Assembly: GCF_006345805.1 (NCBI RefSeq)
Contig: NC_042997.1
Span: forward strand, 176,018,001 to 176,082,000
Reading direction: 5' to 3'
Length of the DNA stretch: 64,000 nt
DNA from: Octopus sinensis
Lineage: Eukaryota
This document shows positions 1 to 64,000 of this stretch, piece by piece; position 1 is the stretch's first letter, and each line of letters begins with the position of its first letter. The position numbers and the translations under genes were made by a program. The notes beneath the pieces were generated by a model. The model saw only the letters and a program-made list of their open reading frames with translations. It was not told where the DNA came from and searched no databases.

Positions 1-90
1 GATTGTGTGTGGCTAATTTTATGTTGACAATTTGACATGGGTGACTGGACACTCAACCTGTTTTGGTGACAGTACATTTTGGCACTGGAG

Positions 91-139
<49 letters not shown>

Positions 140-219
140 GAAAAACAGACAGACAGGGAGAGAGAAGGAGAGACAGACAGATAGTCAGACATACACAGAC
201 AGGGAGAAGCAGATAGATT

Positions 220-460
220 GAGAGAAGGAGCAATGCATTACAATTTATTGAACTCTTTCCTTCTCATACACATAAAGAGAAAATGTTCACATACATTAAC
301 ACAGAGAGAGAGAGTAAAAACACACACACACACACACAAATATATACATACAGATAAAGAGGGGGAGAGACAAATAGATTGAGAGAGGGAGCGACGCATT
401 ACACTTTATTAAACACTTTCCTTCTCATACACATAAAAAGAAAATGTTCACACACATTAA
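220..460 (+). repeat. Local direct duplication (about 80-bp unit, about 160-bp period)
   Basis: gcattaca...tttccttctcatacacataaa...gaaaatgttcaca..cattaac occurs twice. Confidence 0.85.
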
Positions 461-1136
461 CCGAGATGAAAACATTAAAAGCTTGATGTCAAATAAGTCA
501 GCATTGAATCAGTGGCACCAAATAGGCAGTGTCAAAATGACAGCCAAAATGTCTCCATCCCATCCTTTTATATCTTCCACCCTTTCCATATGGGGGGAGT
601 TTGTGTGTCTGTGTTTGTACCCCTAGCATTGCTTGACAACTGATGCTGGTGTGTTTACGTCCCCGTCACTTAGCAGTTCGGCAAAAGAGACTGATAGAAT
701 AAGTACTGGGCTTACAAAGAATAAGTCCCGGGGTCGATTTGATCGGCTAAAGGTGGTGCTCCAGCATGGCCACAGTCAAATGACTGAAGCAAGTAAAAGA
801 GAGAGTAAAGAGTATACAATCATTGTTCTGTAGTTCCAGGTCAACTCTGATAAAGCAAACCAATGAACAAAAGAGCTTTCTGCCATGACCATCCCATCTT
901 TTCCCTTGGCAGAGTGCATCTGGGACCACATTAATCAGTATACCCCTTTTTTTCTAACATAGTAGTGCATGATCTTGAAGGAGATTTACCTGGTATTTCT
1001 AGCAATTTGTAGGGATTAAATAATCGAAATAAGATATGCAGGCTGGCTGTGTGGTTAAGAAGTTCTATTTGCAACCACCTGGTTTGGGGGTTCAATTCCA
1101 CAATGTGACACTTTGGCCAAGTGTCTTCTACTAGTT

Positions 1137-1316
1137 TCATCATCATCATCATCATCGTTTAACGTCCGCTTTCCATGCTAGCATGGGTTGGACGATTTTG
1201 ACTGAGGGCTGGCGAACCAGATGGCTGCACCAGGCTCCAATCTTGATTTGGCAGAGTTTCTACAGCTGGATTCCCTTCCTAACGCCAACCACTCCGAGAG
1301 TTTAGTGGGTGCTTGG
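1137..1316 (-). mobile_element. 3' tail of the RTE family (5'-truncated copy)
   Basis: Reverse complement of 31260-31436, including the (GAT)n tail. Confidence 0.88.
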
Positions 1317-1577
1317 AAAAAGAAATCAATTGAATAAGTACCAGACTTTTAAAAAAAAAAATCATTGGGTCGATTTGTTCAACTTGAAGCCTTCATGGCT
1401 GTTACCTCAGAACAGGCTTAGTGTAATTCTTTTCAAATTTATGTCATTTTTTTTTCTTGTTCTTTTGTTTCCTGTCTTTCTTTTTCTTTTTATATATGTA
1501 TTCATAAATATCACTGAAGACATAGAAACAACCAACCTATTTAACTTTCCAGAATAAATAAAACACTACCCCGCCCC

Positions 1578-1629
<52 letters not shown>

Positions 1630-2168
1630 TGTATTCATATATGTGTGTGGGTGTGTATATAATACTTAGACACGCTCAAGTAAATATAGAAAGATATACA
1701 CAAATCCACACACATATATAGTGAGAAACTTATTTTCAATAAAATCCAACCTCTATGCCTCCCTGCCTGTCATTCTCTCTCCCCCCCCCTCTCTCTCTCT
1801 CTCTCTCCTTTTTTTCTTTACTTTTATTACAATGCAACTTTTAGGTCAGTATTTAAACTGGTTGGTTTTCGAGCTTGCATCTGCTACAATTTCTCTCTCA
1901 CTACTGGATTTTCTAATTCAATTCAATTGATTGACATAAATCTGAGCCCTCCACATTAACTCAGTGCTTAGAACTTTTCTTCATTTGCATGAAACCGTGA
2001 TAAGTGTCAAAAGTTGTTTTGTTTTTTTCCTTCTCCCTCCCTCTAATCTATCGGGCATTTTTTTGTATTTGCCTCATATTAGAGTTATACACGCACAAAT
2101 ATATATATATACACATATATATTTGGTTGAATAAGTTTAGTGTCTTTGGATTTTAAGTCGAAGGCAAA

Positions 2169-59630
<57,462 letters not shown>

Positions 59631-59944
59631 GTAAGTGTGAACCTTAAAAACATAAACTATTAATACTTTCCTATCCATGCATTTTTAAGTACCTTGGACT
59701 TGACTTTCAGAGCCATAGGTTCAGAGAAGTACTGACTGACACATACGAGGGGCAGAAGACAAAGACTCTTAGCATAGGGAAGAGTTGAAAGTTTTAACTA
59801 GGCATGCATCAGACAAGATCTGTGACTAATACAACATTTCAACTAGTCAGAAGTTGATGTGGCAGTGGTGGTGGTGGAAGCATTGTCTGGTAGATTTTCA
59901 GTAAAGCCAAGTGTCAAAACTAGAAAGATTGGAAGGAAGTGGAG

Positions 59945-60142
59945 AGCACCCGTGGACATGTTTACAAAGTCAGACCCTTTTCAAACTCCACCTGTCTAAC
60001 ACCTGTGGACATGTTTACAAAGTCAGAAAACAATACAGTTCCCATGACTTTCGGAAACGTTTTTTCACACTAAGAGTTGCTGAAGCATGGAACAGACTGC
60101 CGGCATCAGTTGTTAGTTGTCGGAGCACTGCATCCTTCAAAA
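59945..60142 (+). mobile_element. CR1 fragment with a short internal duplication
   Basis: Same family as 24761-25308; gtggacatgtttacaaagtcaga occurs twice. Confidence 0.8.
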
Positions 60143-62530
60143 GGAATGTGGAGACATTCCTTTGTATCTTGTGCAACTAGAGGCATACTTTGCCATGAAT
60201 AATATCTAGTCAGCTCAACAGCAACCTAATGTATTTCCTTCTGCCTTGGCTTACTCAGTTAAAAGATCTGATAACAGATATGCCACAGGATGCAACTTAT
60301 TCCTCAATTAAGTGAGTGGTTCTTTGCAGGACATCTCTTTTGGCCAAGTGCTGCTTCCAGAACCTTGTAAATGATGAGTATTTGGGTGACAGAAAGCCCA
60401 CAGAGTTTCTTTGTTACATTTGTGACCTCACAGACATGTCTCCTGAAGACAACTCTCTTCTAAAACAGCTATTCTTCTTGTGTCTCCCACAGAATGTACA
60501 GCCCATCTTAGTTTTTATGGTTGAAGTCAGCACTGTGTTCAGATAGCCATTTCAGCTGATAAAATAATGAAATTTTCTGGAAATTTGTCCTCTTCCACTA
60601 AAGTTATTGCTCCATCGTCTAATATGGTTACTGTTGATCCTAGTTCTGATCATGCAGCAGCTATGGAAGCCATTCAGCACCTTACGAGACAAATTGAGAA
60701 GATGAGTTCATCTCCAGAATTCTGGCATCATAGCCGTTTGTCCAGCCATAGTCATCATTATTCCTTGCCTTCTTCATCATGAACTGTATGCTGCTATCAT
60801 GCATGTTTTGGTGCGAAAGCTAGTGGAGCTATCCAACAAACACTGTTTGTTGGATAGCTCAATGGAGTTATCAGTTCTTGGTTGTCCAGTGTTTGCTCCT
60901 GTTGTAAGTCCGGTATTTTTAGTGCTGCATCCAGTGATACATACGATTCTCAATTCTTTCCCAGAGCTTACCGATTTAACTTTCAAAGTCGCTGATCCTG
61001 TTCATTCTACAAGGCATTTTATCAACACCAGTGGTTCACCAGTGTTTGTTCATACATGCTGTCTTCCTCCTGATAAACTCAAAGCTGCAAAAGCAGAATT
61101 CGACCACATGCTCCACCAGTTGGGGCTTATTCGTCCTTCTACTAGTCCCTGGTCTTCACCTCTCCATTTGGTCCACAAAGGAGCTATGGATTTCCACTCA
61201 GTCGGGGATTATCACAGATTAAATGCTATTAAGATTCTGGACAGATACCCTATTCCACAGTTTCAGAACTTTTCTTCTACCTTACACGGTAGTACTGTCT
61301 TGTCTAAGGTCAATCTTGTCCAGGTGTATCACCAGATTCCTTTAAATCCAGGTGGTATACCAAAGACTGCCCTTACTACTCCTTTTGGTTCGTTTGAATC
61401 CCTTTCAATGCTTTTTGGATTGCAGAACACAGCTAGTACCTTTCAAAGATTTATGAACAAGGCCATTACTCATCACAAGTTCTGCAAAGGAATAGCATAT
61501 CCAGCATCTAATGCTATTTTTTCAGCATTTATGTGATTATGAAGTCAAAATCAACCCAGTAAAGGGTGCGTTTGGTTCTGCGTTGTTGGAATTCTTAGGC
61601 CACATCATTGATCCTGATGGGATTCGATCTCTCCCAGAAAAGGTACAAGCTATTCAAAAGCTTCCTCCTCCATTTTCTCTTAAGCAGCTTCGCCATTTCG
61701 TTGGCTTGGTGAATTTTTATCATCGATTCATTCCAAATTGTGCAGAGAAATTTAGTTCACTTACAGCATTGCTGAAAGATCGTTAAGAAGAAGAATGAAG
61801 TTATCTCCCTTCCACCGTCACTTGTTGCTGATTTTCAAACTTTCAAACAAGCTCTGGCTAATGTTTCAATGTTAATACATCCAAAATCCGATGCTTGGGG
61901 TAACTGCATCAGATACAGCTGTGGGTGCTGTATTACGGCAAGCTGACCAATGAATTCTGCAACTGTTGGCATTTTATTCCCGCCAACTCAAGCCCAATGA
62001 GACATGCTATAGCATGTTTGGAAGAGAATTACTTGCTATTTATTTTATGGTGAAGCATTTTTGCTATTTCCTGGAAGGAAGGAAGTTTACTATATTCACA
62101 GACCATAAACTCCTTACCTTTGCTCTTTTTTTACCAAATCAGACAAGTATTCACTGAGAGAGACTCAACATCTTGATCATATTACGCAATTTTCTAGTGA
62201 TATTCGACATATCTCTGGTTCTTGCAGTATTGTTGCTGATGCCTTATCTCACTTGCCTGTTTGTTCATTGTTGTCCACTTCTATGATAGACTTGATTGCC
62301 TTGTCAGCTGACCAACCACCACTACTATCATCATCTTTGGACGTTTTGTTTGAGAAATTCGTAACATGTCAATTCAAGTATTTGGTGTTACCAACTTCAA
62401 ATGGAGAGATATTGTTTGATATTTCTACTGGCTCACCCCGTCCACTCGCACCAGAGTCTCATCATTGCACTGTTTTCAACACCTTGCGTACCTTATGACA
62501 TCCTGGTGTGACAGCTTCTGTGAAGCTCAT
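60143..62530 (+). mobile_element. Gypsy/Ty3 LTR-retrotransposon gag-pol remnant; no LTRs recognised
   Basis: gag-like (DIPLYLVQLEAYF; LGDRKPTEFL; LFFLCLPQNV), degenerate protease site (LLDSSMELSV), RT (IRPSTSPWSSPLHLV, GDYHRLN, DRYPIP, KTALTTPFG, FGLQNTASTFQRFM; YxDD region lost) and RNase H (AFYSRQL, RELLAIY, FTDHK). Many stops and frameshifts. Confidence 0.9.
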
Positions 62531-62874
62531 TTCTGTTTGATTTCTTTTGGCCACTATATTTTCAGCATCTTAGTGACTCTCACAGATTCCTACTTTCATA
62601 TCCTTATTAAAACATTTGACTATACAACTGTCAAAATGGCTAGTTTTTTTGGTTGGATGTAGTTGGAGTGGGGCCTCCATGCATTGTCCTCTTTTAACAC
62701 TCTCTTGTAGTTGCATCTACAATCACTTCATGTACTCTTTTCCTCAACGACATTCCAGTCGCATTCAGTATACTGCTTCTCAATTTGAAACAACTTATGC
62801 TTCTATCATCAGTTGCAGAACATATGTAAACCTCTTTTAGCTTCTCTTGTCACTAAGTATATGTGATACTTAAA

Positions 62875-63015
62875 AATAATAATAATGAAATTATTGTATA
62901 CAGTGCTCAAGTGCACCACAACTTGTCAAAAGCGTGTATAAAGCAAATGCAGTAATGTACAAATGTCTGGAAAGTGAACAGTGTTTGAGTCAGATACATG
63001 TTTGCGTGTGTATGA
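62875..63015 (-). mobile_element. CR1 3' UTR and tail
   Basis: Reverse complement of 25165-25308. Confidence 0.82.
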
Positions 63016-63783
63016 AAGAAAAAAAATAGCTCACCACTATAAAACTCCATTTGCTGTCCACTGAAGTTGTTAGGAAATCTGACCAAAAAGATGTAGAGTA
63101 AGAAGAGACAGAAAAATGTAGACTCGACACGTAAAAACATTTTTTCTTTCTTTCAGGGTCACCATTTTAATGAGGAGTCAAACATGAATCTAGTTTTCTT
63201 TTCTTGTGTTGTGTTAAACTGCATGTACATTGGTGTGACAAACAAAATTGAGTCAAAGTTTAGATAACAAGTTTTTATATATCTGCGCTTTTACAAAAAA
63301 TGCATGTGAAATAGTAAAATGTATACAAACATGGTTGTTTCATAGCTAGTGAAAATTTATTGGTCAGCAGTCGGCTGGAGAATAAGTCAGTTGGTATTAA
63401 TGGTTAAAGGTTCATCTTGTGTGATTCGTGCTGAAACAGAAGAGAGTATGAATGTGCCAGCTACATAATGAGATAGCTGTAATAGCTAAGAGCAATGTGA
63501 GCCAATCGCCCTGAGAGCCAGGAGTCAAGAGGGCAGTCCAGTGAGAGTCACGCTGATAAGATAAGAGGAAGATTAAATGTCCATATAGAGTTTATATATC
63601 CTTCCAGCAGAAATGCTGTGTCGCATAGCACCATCAAAGCACCCGCTACCAACAACAGCATGAGAGGATGCAACTCTGCTCTGCTCCTTTTATTACCATT
63701 CAGCCATAACAACACTTGCTACATTACTTTTTGTATTCAGATATTCTAAATAAATTTGTAAAATTATGTTATGCAATATTTAA

Positions 63784-64000
63784 ATACCTATTTCTTTACT
63801 ACCCACAAGGGGCTAAACGCATAGAGGACAAACAAGGACAGACAAACAGATTAAGTCAATTATATTAACCCCAGTGCATAACTGGTACTTATTTAATCAA
63901 CCCCGAAAGGATGAAAGGCAAAGTTGACCTCGGCGGAATTTGAACTCAGAACGTAGCAGCAGATGAAATACTGCTAAGCATTTCACCCAGTGTGCTAACG
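63784..64000 (-). mobile_element. SINE family B (runs off the window)
   Basis: Reverse-complement match to 12065-12299. Confidence 0.8.

Noticed and set aside
60799-61786. Active Gypsy pol
   Set aside because: The YxDD catalytic segment is absent, the protease is mostly deleted, there are multiple stops and frameshifts, and no LTRs or complete integrase were found.
63157-63190. Possible SLC44 exon 20 (ttcag|G GTC ACC ATT TTA = RVTIL)
   Set aside because: In-frame TGA after ten codons and no DKV-x-DF-like motif. The true next exon is probably beyond the window.

Overview
Eukaryotic, AT-rich, microsatellite- and retroposon-dense genomic DNA. The repeat landscape suggests an octopus/coleoid cephalopod (inference). 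Almost the whole window is one plus-strand gene for a choline transporter-like protein (SLC44/CTL family, SLC44A2/4/5-like). I reconstructed 19 phase-compatible coding exons by hand (2169..59630, 1625 nt, 541 complete codons); the 3' exons lie beyond the window. Intron 13 has minor-spliceosome (U12-type) signals. The introns hold a young 5'-truncated RTE-clade LINE (open RT ORF with an internal C4HC3 PHD finger, a hairpin-repeat array in the 3' UTR and a (GAT)n tail) and many truncated tails of it. They also hold a TSD-flanked hAT transposon, a decayed mariner, a decayed Gypsy gag-pol, CR1 3' ends, Penelope-like fragments, Helitron-like elements, TTAA MITEs, three tRNA-head SINE families and a retroposed 5S rRNA copy. 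Most short ORFs in the supplied track are repeat or microsatellite artefacts. All coordinates were read by eye; repeat boundaries are approximate and no database search was run.
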